From contig NC_087436.1 in assembly GCF_036321535.1 (NCBI RefSeq), positions 23,376,001-23,440,000 on the forward strand: DNA of 64,000 bases, read 5' to 3'. This DNA is from Camelus dromedarius (lineage: Eukaryota). The position numbers were made by a program, and so were the translations under genes. Shown here in pieces: positions 1 to 13,184 of this stretch. Within the stretch, counting starts at the first letter, position 1, and every line of letters begins with the position of its first letter. The notes beneath the pieces are model-generated. The model saw nothing but the letters and a program-made list of their open reading frames with translations, made no database searches and was not told the origin of the DNA.

Positions 1-429
1 AAGCCTGAAGAAAGAAATTAAGAGGATAATATTGTCACAAAATACCTCAAATAAAAATTGTCTTTTTTAACCAATAAATTAAATGCTATCCAAAAACACT
101 CCAGAAGATGACAGCGTCAAAAGTCTAGAAATAGTGGCCTTATTACAGATGCAGTGTGAACAATATTCAGTGGTCGTGACATCTAGCTAATAATCAAGTC
201 TTGTGCATGGAGCATCATAAACTCTGTTAAGCTGAGACTCTAACGGGGATATCACAAGTCAAACATTTTATTCTTCCAATAAAATTGAAATCGTGAATAT
301 CATAGTCAAAGTCAAGATTTACTATCAAATACAAGTAGTAAAAGCTGCATGATCCAACATCTATGGGGCAAAGAAGCTTGTGACTGAATATTAGGTTTAT
401 GCTGTATTTTTATTTTTAGTGTGCTGGTT

Positions 430-590
430 TAAACGATAGGCTCTGAGGGAGATAGACCTGAATTTGACTTTGTTTCCAGCATTTACTAGTCAAAGGCAAG
501 TAATCATCTTCACCTGGGTTGTTGGGACGGTTAAATGAGATAATGTAAAACCGTTAGAGCAGTGAGTGCAATAAAACGTTATCAATTAGT
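430..590 (+). mobile_element. MIR SINE remnant
   Basis: agacctgaatttga...ttactagt...ggcaagtaa...ggttgttg...ttaaatgagataatgtaaaa core-like text. Confidence 0.6.
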
Positions 591-839
591 AGCATTTCGA
601 AAAGAAAACATATAATGCATTTATTATGTTAACATTTAATATACCTATATTTATCATCCACTTACTGTCACCAATTAGTAAGCCTCCCTGATGACCACAA
701 TGACCTCTCATCAGAGCATTCAGAATTCTAGGGAAGGCCTAGGGTACTAACTGGATGCCGTTCAAAACGTGATTTACATAAAATTCAGGACCCAATTACG
801 TGCACTAGGAGGCAAAACCTCACTGGTTGTAGAGGCCAG

Positions 840-1880
840 GCGCTCCGCGGGAGGGAAAAGTCTTCGGACGGATAAGGAGGAATTCCTCCAGGGCTCGACC
901 GGGAGCCGGATCCGCGCTGCGATTGGCCGGCGCGGGCGGCGCGGCGCGTGGTCGGGAGGAAGCGCCTGGTGGGCCGTATCGCGGAGCGGCGCCCCTCCGC
1001 GGCCGTTGAGCCCCTAGTGCAGGTGCGCGCGGCACGCGCCTCAGGCCGCCGCCTCAACCCGGCCAGCGGCCGCACGCGCATGCGCAGTTGGTAGTTGCGG
1101 CTGCGCGGCTGCCGGCAGGATCGGTCTGGGAAGACTCACGGACCAAGTGGCAGCCACTCGGACATCTGAGCTGCCCCTGCCGAAAACAGCCCGCAAGACA
1201 GGTACGTGGGCAGGAGTCCATTTCCTCGCATCCTTTTGCACTCGGGCCGAGGTGAGGTGAGGAATCGGAGTCCTCGCTCCTTCCCTCAGGGCGGGGGTGC
1301 CTGGGTCGCGCCCCTTTCTTCGGCGACCCGTCGGGCGGAACGAGTTGGGGCTAGTGAGGGGTGGGTGTTGAGTTCGGGGATGGGGGTGCCGCCAGCGAGG
1401 TTCTTGGGCGGGAGTGGGGAAGCCAGCCCCGGGCGGCGGGAGTTTGATGCCACCTCAGGTCGGTTGGGTCCTCCAGAACTGCTGTGCCCACCTGCTGCGC
1501 AGGTGCGGGGAAGGCCGGGCGTCCCCCCGCAGCCCGGCCCGTCTTAAGCGGCCCCAGGGAGCCGAGGCCGTTATTCCAGCGGTTGACATTTCAGCCCCGT
1601 TCCACTCTCGAGCCGGGCTGCCGGCTCCCGAGGGGTGGAGAGGGGGCCCGGGTGTCCTCGGCGCTGCTCGCCCCGCCGGCTGCTTCTCACAGAAGCTCGA
1701 ACACCACCCAACTAGGCTCAGCTTATCCCACCCCCGCCTCTGTAAAGGCCGAGGGACCTAACGTTACCTCACAGCGGGGACGCCGGTGCCTCGCGGCGGC
1801 TCCCTCGAGGCGCTGCCTGGAGCCCCGCGTGCTCCGCTGGGGAGGGAGCCAGAGGGTTGTGTTGAATCCGACGAAACCTT
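840..1880. promoter_or_regulatory. CpG island / CLGN promoter and first exon
   Basis: Abrupt GC- and CpG-rich segment in AT-rich flanks; inverted CCAAT (ATTGG 922-926), GC boxes, NRF1 consensus CGCGCATGCGCA at 1075-1086. Confidence 0.9.
1075..1201 (+). other. CLGN: CLGN non-coding exon 1 (5' end approximate)
   Basis: Ends at donor CAG|GTACGT (1201|1202) within the CpG island; ATG is in the next exon. Confidence 0.7.
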
Positions 1881-2004
1881 AATGAGTAGAGACTCATTAT
1901 CGCCGAAAGCCTGTTTACGATCAGATACCTTAGCTGATTTTATTTATAGCATTGGCCCAAGCAACGAGGAGGAAGCGTTTTCTTGGAATTTAAAAGCGAA
2001 TGGC

Positions 2005-2209
2005 AGCAGATACACATTATTATATATAAAATAGATAAACAGCAAGGATTTACTGTATAGCACAAGGAACTATATTCAATATCTTGTAATAACCTATGAT
2101 GAAAAATATGAAAAAGATTATGTAGGTATAATTGAATCACAATGCTGTACACCAGAAACTAACATCGCATTGTAAATCAACTATACTTAAATTAAAAAAA
2201 AAAAAAAAA
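2005..2209 (+). mobile_element. 5'-truncated L1 3' end (cetartiodactyl type) with poly(A) tail
   Basis: actgtatagcacaaggaactatattcaatatcttgtaataacc...aatcaactatact followed by A-tail. Confidence 0.85.
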
Positions 2210-2723
2210 GCAAAGTGCGAGGAAGCTCACCAAGGGGAAAGTAAATCGAATGACAATGGGACGAACTCTGAAATTAGAAGAGTTAATTTATATTGAAAAT
2301 TTTTGATGCGTAAGAGCCATTAAAACCCTGATCTAGCCTCATGATTGTGCTTGCTTTAAAAAATTTACATCACTCTAGGTCATTTAATCACTCTAGGTAG
2401 CCTTCCTTTTGGCAATCATTTGACTGCTTTTCAGTTTACAGTTTTGCCTTTACATAAAATTGGTTTGACTTTCCAGTCACATTTAGGTCTTATCCCTAAA
2501 TCCTTAGAAGATAGTCAATATTATTTATCTAGTTGATAAAGTTAATTATTGTGTGTGAATGGTGTATGTTGATGGATCCGTAGAAATTGAACAGTGCTAT
2601 TTAGTAGCCTCATTACTTGTTTTCAGTACCTAGTAAGTTTTAGTGCTCTTATCCAGAAAGCTAGAATTGTCAATTTTAATGGACTTTTAGATCATCTAGC
2701 TTAATCCTTTCACGTGACAAATG

Positions 2724-2769
2724 AAACAAAACAAAACAAAGACAAAGACAAAGATAAAGACAAAAAAAC
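2724..2769. repeat. (AAAAC)n/(AAAGAC)n simple repeat
   Basis: aaacaaaacaaaacaaagacaaagacaaagataaagac. Confidence 0.85.
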
Positions 2770-3039
2770 AGGCTTAGAGCAGTTTTAACCCCTGGCCTTT
2801 TAAAAATAATACTGGAATCTTGGTGTGATGGTGCCAAGCTCAGTGTACCTTCTATAATATTTTGTAGTTGAGCTCCTAGTCAGCATGACAACTAGAACTT
2901 TTAAATATTGATTTTTCATACACTACTTTTGAGGCATAATCGTGCTGAGTGAGTCCTCAGCCATTAAAACTGGATAGCTGAAAGGCATCTCAGTTACAAG
3001 AAAGCATATAGAAAAGCATGAATATGTTAATAGGTGAGT

Positions 3040-3830
3040 GTTGAGAGTGAAAGAAATGAGTCTTTTAAAAGGGAAGAATTTATGCTGAAAACTATTTAGC
3101 ATTTTTATAACAGGTAGTAAAATAAGACTTTTGTTTGTTTTTTAGAAAATTCATGCTAGAGAGAAGGTGGAGGATAGATTGATTGGCAAGACTGGAAGTG
3201 AAGAGGCAAAGTGGGAGTTTACTAATCTTTTTCAGAAATGGTGGATTCCTAAATTAAGACTGTGGCATAGGGATAGAAAGAGACATTCAAGAAATACCCA
3301 AATGCATTTAGTTACGAATGATACGGAATATCAACAAGAAGGAAGACTTTAAGATAATGGCAAAGTAACTTGGTCAATTTAGTTGATCAGAGGTGTAGTT
3401 AATGGGAGAAGGGAATTGAGGAGATGGAGAAGGGGTTTGGGAGGAAAGACCAGGTTCAAATTAATGGAGGGCTTGGGACATCCTTAAATATGGATAGTGA
3501 TTTGAAACTAAAGAGTGATCTCTGTGCTATGGATAAGATATGGGAGTCCTTAGCTAGCGTTTATAGGTAGAAGTCAAGAGTATATGTTATGTAAGAAGGA
3601 AGCCTGGGGACAGAACCGTAAGGAACAGCAACATTTACAGAAGATTACAGAAAAAGCCTGTGAAGGAGGAGGATAAAATGAAAAGAATCAAGAATAGTGT
3701 CATCGAAACCAAGGGAGGAGAGGGCATCAAGAAGGAGGCAGTCAGCAAGGTCAACAGGGAGCAGGAGGCAATAGGACTGAAAAATGTTATTGATCTTACC
3801 AACTAAGAAAAGAAGCTAGAATTGAGTACA
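3040..3830 (-). mobile_element. L2 LINE remnant
   Basis: Purine-rich decayed text typical of antisense L2 body. Confidence 0.55.
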
Positions 3831-3844
3831 GGAATGATAAAAAT

Positions 3845-4405
3845 GTTAGTTTTTCCTTGCTACCATAACAAATTACAATAAACTTAACAGCTTAATGCAA
3901 CACAAATTTATTTTCTCACAGTTCTATAGGTCAGAAGTCTGACACAGATCTCAACGGAGCTAACATCTAGGTGTTGGCAAGGTGCATCATTCCTTACTAG
4001 AAGCTCTGGGGAGATCTACTTCCTTGCTCATTCAGGTTGGTGGCAGAATTCAGTTCCTTGTGTTGTAGACTGAAGTTCCTATTTCCTTGCTGACTGTCAG
4101 CTGAAGGTGGTTTTCTGCTTCTAGAGACCACCCACAGGGGCCCCTTTCCTCCATCTTCAAGGTCCCTATGGTAGATGGAGTCCTTCTCACTATTCAGATC
4201 TCTTCTGCTCTCACTCACTTCCTCTTCCACTTTTAAGGGTCCATGTATTATATTGGGCCCATCCATAAACCAGGATACTGTCCCTATTTTAGGGTCAGCT
4301 AATTAACAACGTTGATTCCATCTAAAAGCCCCCTTTGCCATGTGAGGTAACACAGGATCCAAGGATTAGGGTGTGGACATCTTTGAGTCATTGTTCTCTC
4401 TATCA
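3845..4405 (-). mobile_element. MaLR (MLT1-family) LTR
   Basis: ataacaaattac...cacaaatttattttctcacagttcta...gtcagaagtctga...tattgggcccatcc...ggattagggtgtggacatcttt. Confidence 0.8.
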
Positions 4406-4939
4406 TAGGAAGTTAAAACAAGAAGGGAAAAGTATTAACAGTTAATGAAGACAGTATTTCTAGGTGCTTCTGTTAAAGAAAGGTAATGCCTAGAAACATT
4501 TACATTATCTAGCATGTGATATAGTTCCAATAGTAAGCCTTACTGTTTATCCTTGAGCTTTCTAAGAAATGCAAGTAACTTCTTACATATCCTAAAATTT
4601 GTGTGAACACTGTAAAATTTTAAAGTGTCATAGGAATATAAAGTAATACTATAAAGTTTTTAGTTTTTTTATTTTTATGTAGCTTTAAGCTGCTTTAAAA
4701 TCTTTGCTGGAAGGATTTTAAAGGCCATTTAACCAGCTAACTATATGTACATACTGTATAACTTGGATGCACATCAAAATATGGATTTTAAAATATAAAC
4801 CCCACAGAAATTGGAATGTATGTGTAAGGCATGAAATATACTAAGAAAATATTGACCTTATTTTATAGGCCTATAACCTTAATGCCATTTAGTGAAGATT
4901 AAATTGTTAAACCTTCTAACCTTAGAGCCTTAATGAAAG

Positions 4940-5125
4940 GAACGTAGAGTTTGAAGCTAGACCTGACTTTGAGTCTTGCCTTTTCTGTTTAGTAGCATTC
5001 TGTATTCTTAAGTAAGTTACTTATCTCCCTGAGCCTCACTTTCCTTATGTATAATGGGCTACTAGTATCTTCACTACAGAGTAGCTATAATGGTTGGAAT
5101 GAATATGCTTAAAACACAGTCAGTA
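4940..5125 (+). mobile_element. MIR SINE
   Basis: aagttacttatctccctgagcctcactttccttatgtataatggg core. Confidence 0.7.
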
Positions 5126-5339
5126 CTCAAAACAGTTCTTTCTGTTCTCCTTCTTCCACTCTTCCCTTTTCAGTGCCTTTTCTCACATGCAGCTTCCTTT
5201 GTCCTTGGCCTAAGGAAATCAGTCCTTTCCATCCCTTGTACTTCACTTTGTAAATTTCTCAAGGAGGTTTTTCTCCAACCCTTCTCCCACCATGTAAGTT
5301 CAGTTCCCCAGTTACCAACTATTAAAATTTCTTTGTCAC

Positions 5340-5525
5340 TCATTAAAGTTTACATGTTATACCTGGGTAGTTTGTTTAATATCTGCTTTCCATCCCAGAC
5401 TCTAAGCTCTTTGAGATCAGGGCCATTTATGTTTTGCTAATTACTGTAAATTCAGTATCTGACATCATGCCTGGCACATAATTGACAACCATAAGTATTT
5501 GTTAAATGAATTCATGAATGATGAA
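5340..5525 (+). mobile_element. L2 3' end
   Basis: agactctaagctctttgag...tgcctggcacata...tatttgttaaatgaattcatgaatg. Confidence 0.75.
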
Positions 5526-6972
5526 TTATATTGTCTACTGACTAACCTCCCCTGAATTTCTGGAAACATGAGCTACCACAAAATTTATAAATCTCTGGTG
5601 CAGCTTATTCTGAAGCATGCTTGTTTTTTCTGTGAGAAAGTACCTGCATTTCAAATGGAATCTTGGAGCTTCTTTGGAAGGAGGCTGCTCTTTAAGATGC
5701 CACTATTACCTACCTCTTCACCTTACTTGTGATCCTTTTTTTTTTTAATGTGCTACATAGCCAGATACTTCCAAGAATACCCTTTTATTTTGGTGAAAAT
5801 TTATCCAATTTTATTTTTGTGATGTGGTAACACAAAATTTTTACTTTTGTTTACTAGTAAATTATGAATTAGATTGTTAAAATGCAGCATGTCTATAGCA
5901 AGATTCTGAAATAACTCACAATAAGAGATGTTTATTTATAGATATAGAGTAAAATTGAAAAATATTATTAATTCCCCCATATTAAATTGGATCATAAAGC
6001 TGCAATTCTAGATTGTTACCTCATTTCTCTATAGAAATGCTTTAACTGTGTTAACTTTTAACAATGTTCTAAAAAACTTCAGGGGGCCAATGTTAGAAGC
6101 ATTGACATAACCATTTCTCTCTCATAAAACCATAGTTAAAGACATTTATTGTGTAAGGATTCAATCCGCAAATTTTTCTAGGAGTTAAATTCTAGAAGAG
6201 GATTTTTCCCTCCAAGGATCTTGTAGACTTTTATAGACAGTGACAACTCCTTCATTTTATTTCTGGCCTTCCCCTAATTGCCTAGAACCATCTTGCCAGA
6301 TTTATTGTTGCTATGCAGCTATAGCAATAAACTTATTCTGCTTGGTTGCTTAGTAACATCTATTTCCCTCCCCTCATAACCTTTTTTACTGTTATTTATG
6401 CATTCATTCATTCATTCTATGAACATATATCTGTCCCTATTTATCATGTACTAGTACTCTTTGGCTAGCACTGTGAATACAGAAATGAGAATTCTAGCTC
6501 TCGATGAGCTTGTATTTTTGTCTGTTTTTTGTTTTGTAATTTGCCTCAAGCAGTTCTTTTGGAACTATGTAGAGGTAATATAAATCTTAAATAAATATTA
6601 ATGTATCATTATAATGGTTACATAACCATTATTTTGAAAATTGTGCTATTTAGTCAGTTTGAACTTGAATCTGTAGTGATCGTTTTAAAACTCAGTGCAG
6701 ATTTAATTCATTCTTTCTGTAATTACTACAACCAAATAATATTCCCATATCCAGTATTTCAGCTAATCTCAGACTTCAGTAGTTTCTCAGTTTTATAGGA
6801 TCTGGTGGTTTGTTGCCTAAACCATATTTTCATTGTTTCTGGGTACTTATGATTTAGAAAGAAATACCCAGTTTTAGTTACCAGTATGTATTAATTAAAG
6901 TAATACCCAAGTAGAAAATTAAAAAATCTCAGAGGCCTAACATAATTCCAGGTGTCCTGAGGAATAGATGGC

Positions 6973-7110
6973 TGTGATGGTTAATTGTATGTATCAATTT
7001 AACTGAACCACTGGCTGCCCAGATATTTGGTCAAACATTTTGGGTATGTCTGTGAGGATACTTTTTGACAAGATTAACATTTGATTGGGAGACTGAGTAA
7101 AGCAGTGTAG
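6973..7110 (+). mobile_element. MLT2 (ERVL) LTR 5' fragment
   Basis: tgtgatggttaattgtatgtatcaattt...cccagatatttggtcaaacatt...gactgagtaaagcag. Confidence 0.75.
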
Positions 7111-7369
7111 AGAACATACATAAAATCAAAGATACATGCAAATAGATGTACTTCTTCACTGCCTCCCTTCTTCCTGATGAAGGGACAAATATTTTGTGAT
7201 ACAGCAAACTGTATGGAGTGGGGAACACACAGGAAACTTAGAACCCTAGGCTTGCTATCTTTTATACATTTGTAAGGAGGGAACAGGGTGAGTAATAATT
7301 TTGTATATTATACCATATAAACAAATTCTTGCCACACTAAAACTGTGTAACTTAGGACAGCTACCTAGA

Positions 7370-8235
7370 CCAATGAGGAATTAGAAGACTTGAACAACAC
7401 TATAGAGCAGTTGGACCTGATAGTCACACAGAACACTTTACCTAACAATAGCCGAAATAAAAATTAATGCCAGTCTTCCTCAAACTCTTCCAAAAAATTG
7501 AAGAGGAAGGAATAATTCAAAATTCATTCTATGAGGGCAGCATTACCCTGTATCAACAAGACACTCCTAAGAAAACTTCAGACCAATATCCCTGATGAAT
7601 ATTGATGTAAATACATATTTTCCTTAAGTACATATGCAATATTCTCTAGGATAGACCATACATTAGGCACAAAACAAGTCAATAATTTTTTAAAAGTTGA
7701 AATTATTCAGAATGTCTTTTCCAGTTACAGTGTAATAAAACTAGAAATCAGTAGCAGAAAGAAAGCAGGAAAATCCACAAATATGTGAAAATTAACAGAC
7801 TTTTAAAAAACAAAAAGGTCAAAAAAGAAATCAGAAGAAAATTAAAAAGTACCTTGAGACAAATGAAAACAAAAATGCAATAGACCAAAACTTATAGGAT
7901 AGAGTGAAAGCAGTGCTAAGAGGGAAATTAATAGCTGTAAACACTTACATTAAAAAAGAAAGATCTTTAATTAACAGTCTGACTTTACATCTTAAGGAAC
8001 TAGAAAACCTAAAACTAGCAGAAGGAAAAAAATAGTAAAGATTAGATAACAGATAAATGAAAAAAATAATAGATAAACAATAGAGAAAGTCAGTGAAACC
8101 AAGAATTGGTTCTTTGGAAAGATCAACAAAATTGGTAAACCTTTAGCTAGATTGAATTGAAGACTCAACTAAAATCAGAAGTGAGTGAGGAAACATTACA
8201 ACCAATTCTATAGATATAAAAATATTATAAGAATA
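7370..8235 (+). mobile_element. Decayed L1 ORF2 fragments
   Basis: gacttgaacaacactata, aaactagaaatcagtagcag, gcagtgctaagagggaaatt, ggttctttggaaagatcaacaaaattg; many stops. Confidence 0.85.
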
Positions 8236-8763
8236 CTGCTATTATTTTATGCATTTCTATTTTACTTAAATGTTATTGATAGTGAGTCTAGAAAAGCACC
8301 TTTTACTACATTATTAAGTTATGGAAGGCTCTTAAACTTTTAGAACAATGAAGCTTTTAGGGTTATTAACAATTAATAAGCAATTTGCAAATATACTTAT
8401 TCCTGTGCCAATAAGGGAAAAGTTTTTAAAACTCAACCTTACTGTTACTGAGTCAAATTGATCCCTTTACACTTACTTTCTATTCCAGTTACACCTTTTC
8501 AATGACTCAAGAGAGATTAAACTCTTCTAATTAAATTGTGATTAGTATGCATCATGTTTTTTGTTGCCTGGGTGCATAAAAATGATGGTATTAACACACC
8601 TTTTAATATAGAATGTTCATATTATGGTAGAATGGTGTTAATTTTTTTAAATATGCATTTTCAAAGTAAACTTTAGAGTTGTCACCAGTGGTCTCTAGAA
8701 GAAATCAAGTCTAACTGACCCTATATTCATATAGAGATTTCATCTCATTAAAAAGAGTTAGTT

Positions 8764-8951
8764 GATAGATAAACAACAAGGTCCTACTGTATAGCATAGG
8801 GAACTATATTGAATACCTTGTAATGGCCTATAACAAAAAAGAAAATGAAAAGGAATATATATATATGTGTATGTATAAATGAATCACTATGTTGTACACC
8901 AGAAATTAGCACAACATTGTAAATCAACTATACTTCAGTTAAAAAAAAAAA
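8764..8951 (+). mobile_element. 5'-truncated L1 3' end with poly(A) tail
   Basis: Same family text as 2005-2209; approximate TSD aaaag(a)gttagtt on both sides. Confidence 0.85.
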
Positions 8952-9009
8952 GGTTAGTTAAACTAACTATATGGAAAAATACTTTTTATAGTCTCATGTT
9001 TCTTTTCTA

Positions 9010-9712
9010 AAAATAGCTTTATCGATATTGATTAAAAATAGCTTTATTTGCATACCTGCAAGTTCACCTGTTTAATGAGTGCAGTTCAATGGGTTTAACA
9101 TATTTACCAAGTTATGTAACCATTTCCATATTCCAATTTTAGAACATTTTCATTACTCCAGAAGGAAACCTTGTACTCCCTAACCCTTTCTTCTGACTCC
9201 TTTCTTTAGACTATCACTAACCTATTTTCCAATATTCTATGAATTTACCTATTTCTTTTAAATGGGATCATAGAATATGTGGTTTTTTTAATGACTGACT
9301 TCTTCTACTCAGCATGATGTTTCACATTCTTGTAACACATCAGTACTCATTGCTAAATAATACTCCATTGTATGAATATTTCACATTTTGTTTATCCACT
9401 CATCAGTTGATGGATATTTGGGTTGCTTCCACTTTTTGGCTATTATTAAAATGCTTCTTTAAACATTTATATTCTAAGTTTTTGTTTGGACATCTGTTTT
9501 CGTTCTCTTGGGTAGACATCTAAGGAGTGGAATTGCTGGATCATAAAGTAATTCTATTTTTAACATTTTGAAGAACTGTCACACTATTTCCAAAGTTCAT
9601 TTTATTTTCCTGCCAGCAGTGTATGAGGATTCCAGTTTCTCCACATCCTTCTGACACTTGTTATTGTCTCCCTTTGATTGTAAGCATTCTGGTGGGTGTA
9701 GAGTGCTGTATT
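9010..9712 (-). mobile_element. Old L1M 3' region
   Basis: tttatccactcatcagttgatggatatttgggttgcttccactttttggctatt...ggagtggaattgctggatca. Confidence 0.85.
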
Positions 9713-10687
9713 GTAAATGCAGTGTTTCTTAAGTAGACTCGTATAGGTCTGTAGATACAGGTTCTAGAGGATCTAAGAGTTCTAAGAATTTACTTTTTAA
9801 ATAATTTTTTTCATATTGTTGGTAATATAACTATACTCTGGATCATCTGGATAACTGACCACCTTATAACCAAGGACTGTCACAGTATTTCAGGATTCAG
9901 ATTTACTTGTTTAAAAGTCCACTGTCAAAGAAATAAAACTTGAATTTTTAAGATGCTAATGGGAGTAGAGGAGGGTGTAATTATTTAAATAGTATTTGGC
10001 TTCTACTCATCTCAATTAATGCTGTAAGAAACAAATTTTGCAGTATTTGAATAGAGAAATGGTTATAAAATTGAGTCATCATAGTGTTATGAGGGTAATA
10101 AATGCAAAAGAAGTTTGTTTATAGCAGTCAGCCTGATTGCAGTAAACCTATATTTGCTTGATTTTTTTTTAGCTGTGATTTGATTTTAGTAAAAGATTTA
10201 ACACATTACATTGTGATAAAATTACTTTTCTGGGTTTTTTTGGTGTTTATATAATTACTTGGTTTTATAATTATAAAATTTCCAATTGTATGTTTATATA
10301 CACTTAAGCAACATTATAACAAAAAAGTAACTTGAGCAAACATTTAGGAATCATGATCCTTTTTTCCTTTTTTTTTTAAAAAAGGGCTCCACATATTACG
10401 AGTCTGGTGATCACTGTTATCCATATCTTTAGGTTTGTGCTGTTTGCTCTTTGCTTTTAGAAGCAGGCCTTCCTTCAGCTGTAGAATCCTGTGAGATTTG
10501 AAGTTTGTATTATCACTTATTCAAAGCATTATTTAAGTAATTTTGTTAATGATTTGTTTTAAAAGCCATCCCAGGAAAAAGAGAAAGGTATTAAGGAGAA
10601 ATTATTTCTTTATAAGTATACTTACACATGTTTTTCACTACTTTGTTTTACTTTCACTGATTACTGTTAATTTCACAGATAATCAAT

Positions 10688-10831
10688 ATGCATTTCCAAG
10701 GCTTTCAGCTATGTTTGGGTCTTCTATTCATCTCAATTAATGCAGAATTTATGGATGATAGGGTTGAGATGGAAGATTTTGATGAAAGTTCAGAAGAGAT
10801 TGATGCTAATGAAGATGCACTCTCCTCAGAG
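10688..10831 (+). CDS. CLGN: Calmegin exon 2 (start codon, signal peptide [19 protein letters not shown], acidic N-terminus)
   Basis: Acceptor ttcacag|10679, ATG 10688, donor GAG|gtaagg; 144 coding nt. Confidence 0.96.
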
Positions 10832-12349
10832 GTAAGGTTATTGAGAAATAAGCTTTAAGTTATTCCTTTACATAATATATAGGGGTGACTAATCTCTTAA
10901 GATCCATTTCCATTTCAGTAGTCTTTAGTTTTTACGTAAGTAGAAAAACATTGCTTTTTTCCAACTCTTTGTTGCCGTGTCTTTTAGGGTGCCTATGTAC
11001 TAAAGAAATTTGTGCATGGCAACTAGCAGAGTTTTATTACTAAGTAAATACGCAGAAGGTTTTTACTGTTAAACTAGGAGTATGTCACTGGCTAAAGGGG
11101 ACTAAATACTTTAGCTAAGAGAACGGTTTTTAGTCTTATTTCTGACACAGCCAGCCTTTTTCAGATAAAAGAAAAAGTAGCATAATTTTCAGTTCTTCTA
11201 GAAGTAAAGTAAGTAGCTTTTCTATATTTCTCTGAGAAAAGAAAATACTAAATAACAAGATGAATTAGAAAGGCGAGTAATGATGAGGTAGACATTTAGT
11301 AAGACTCACAGTGTTTCTGTCTCAGCCTTCAGATGTGTGTTTTGAGGTGGTGACTGATAGGAGTCTGTAAGACTTTATAGAGGTTTTTGTACATTCTGAC
11401 AATCCATAAGAACTTTCACATTGAAGAATATTCATATCTAATATTGGAACAATCAGAAAATTTTTTCAGAAATATTGTTTGTGAGAAAACATTAATTATC
11501 CTGTGCTAGCTGCTGTTTAAAGGCCAAGGAGAAAAACATAGCTGTTATAGACTTCTTTGCCTCACTTCCTTTTAGAGTTCTTTATTTGCAAATGCAAGTG
11601 TTCTTTCTCCTGTTGAGTTTTAAGCTCCACAAGGACATTTCTTTTAAAACTTGGTTCTGTGATCCACAGAAAGTAAGTAGTAATCAAAGTGCTAATAGAC
11701 TGACTTAGATACAGCTACTACAAGGGTTTCTGGGGATTAATACTTTAAAGAAATTGACAGATATCTACATTCTTAACTACATTTGGTGATAATTTGAAAA
11801 GATGATAAGGAATGGAAAAGGATCATTTTTAATGCTTCTAATTTTATAGCATGAATAATCTAGATATGGTAAAGTACAAGTAAAGTATAAAATGCTGGTG
11901 ATTGAAAGGGTTGTCTAACAGATGGAAGCCTCTTGTGATACCACTGCCCATTTTTGCATAAATCCATAAAAATACAGACAACAGTAAAATTGTAATTCAG
12001 TACACTTCATAGGAGATTGGCAATTTTGGTAGCCGAATCTTGACCCTGTTAGTAATTATGTGGAATTTTGTTTAATTATTGATTTTCCTTCCTTAAACAG
12101 ACAGGAAATATACTATTATGGAAGAGTAGGGACAATGAATACAGAAAAAGTTATTCTGCATCCTTTTCTCTTAAGACTGAGAGACGAAATCTCATAATCA
12201 TATAGGTAAAATCACAAAGGCTGACTCAGAAAGGACAAAAATTTATTACTGTAGGTGAAATTTTATACATTCATCATCAATTTAAATTATCTTTTGATAA
12301 TTTGTCAATAAATGTAATCTTTTAAATTCATTCATTGGTGCTTTCTGTA

Positions 12350-12535
12350 TAGTCCAGTGATTAAGTATATAACTTTTAGAACCAGACAGCCTAGGCTAGT
12401 ATCTTTAAGTCCTGTAAGTGTCTAACTGTGCAACAGTGGGCAGATTATCTTGCCGCTCTCTCACAGTTTCATCATATATAAAATGGGAGCAATAATAGTA
12501 CTTCCTGCATAGAAGTATTATGAGGATTAAAAGAA
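12350..12535 (+). mobile_element. MIR SINE
   Basis: cagtttcatcatatataaaatgggagcaataatagtac. Confidence 0.7.
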
Positions 12536-13110
12536 CCATCATATCAGCGCCTCCACCACCATTATCATCTTTGCAGTTAAGACTTACATGGCACTTGAAA
12601 CAATGCTTTGTAGGTAATTGCTTTTCAATCCTTTCTTTATTGAATCTTTTTTCCCCCCTCTGGGTTCCTAATTTCTCAGAATGGTGTCATCGTTCTCTAG
12701 GCATATAACATGCAAAATTTAAGAGTTAATTTTAAACTAATCTACCTGCTTACTAAGTTTTTCATCTTATATGCTTTGGATCATGCTATTTCTTTTGCTT
12801 CTAATGATTTTTATCCCCCAATATTGTCACCTGTTAGAATCCTTTCAAGGCCATGTCAGCTGCATCATGAAGCCTTGACTTCCTTCCATTCTTCCGGTGT
12901 TAGGAGACAGTGTATTCTCTGTTTGTATATACTGTTTTTTCCATCATGTATCTCTTATATTCTGTATTTTATTTTGAGGTTAGAGACCATGTCACCTTCT
13001 ATCTATATTATCTATATGTGCATTCCATACTAAGTTCTTAATTAGTGAGATTATTTAATTAAAATATTTGTAAGATGAATAACTTTAGCTTTTTAAAATC
13101 TGTTTTCTAG

Positions 13111-13184
13111 ATTAAATATAAGACACCTCAACCTATAGGAAACGTATATTTTACAGAAACTTTTGATAGTGGAAGGTTGGCTGG
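13111..13184 (+). CDS. CLGN: Calmegin exon 3 ([25 protein letters not shown])
   Basis: ttttctag| ... GG|gtgagt; 74 nt, in frame with neighbours. Confidence 0.96.

Noticed and set aside
790..960. ER-stress element (ERSE) in a chaperone promoter
   Set aside because: CCAAT/ATTGG are present but lack CCACG at the spacing required for ERSE or ERSE-II.
769..2034. Overlapping 66-132 aa ORFs on both strands at the CLGN promoter
   Set aside because: Arg/Gly/Pro/Ala-rich frames expected from stop-codon scarcity in a CpG island; no recognisable protein.
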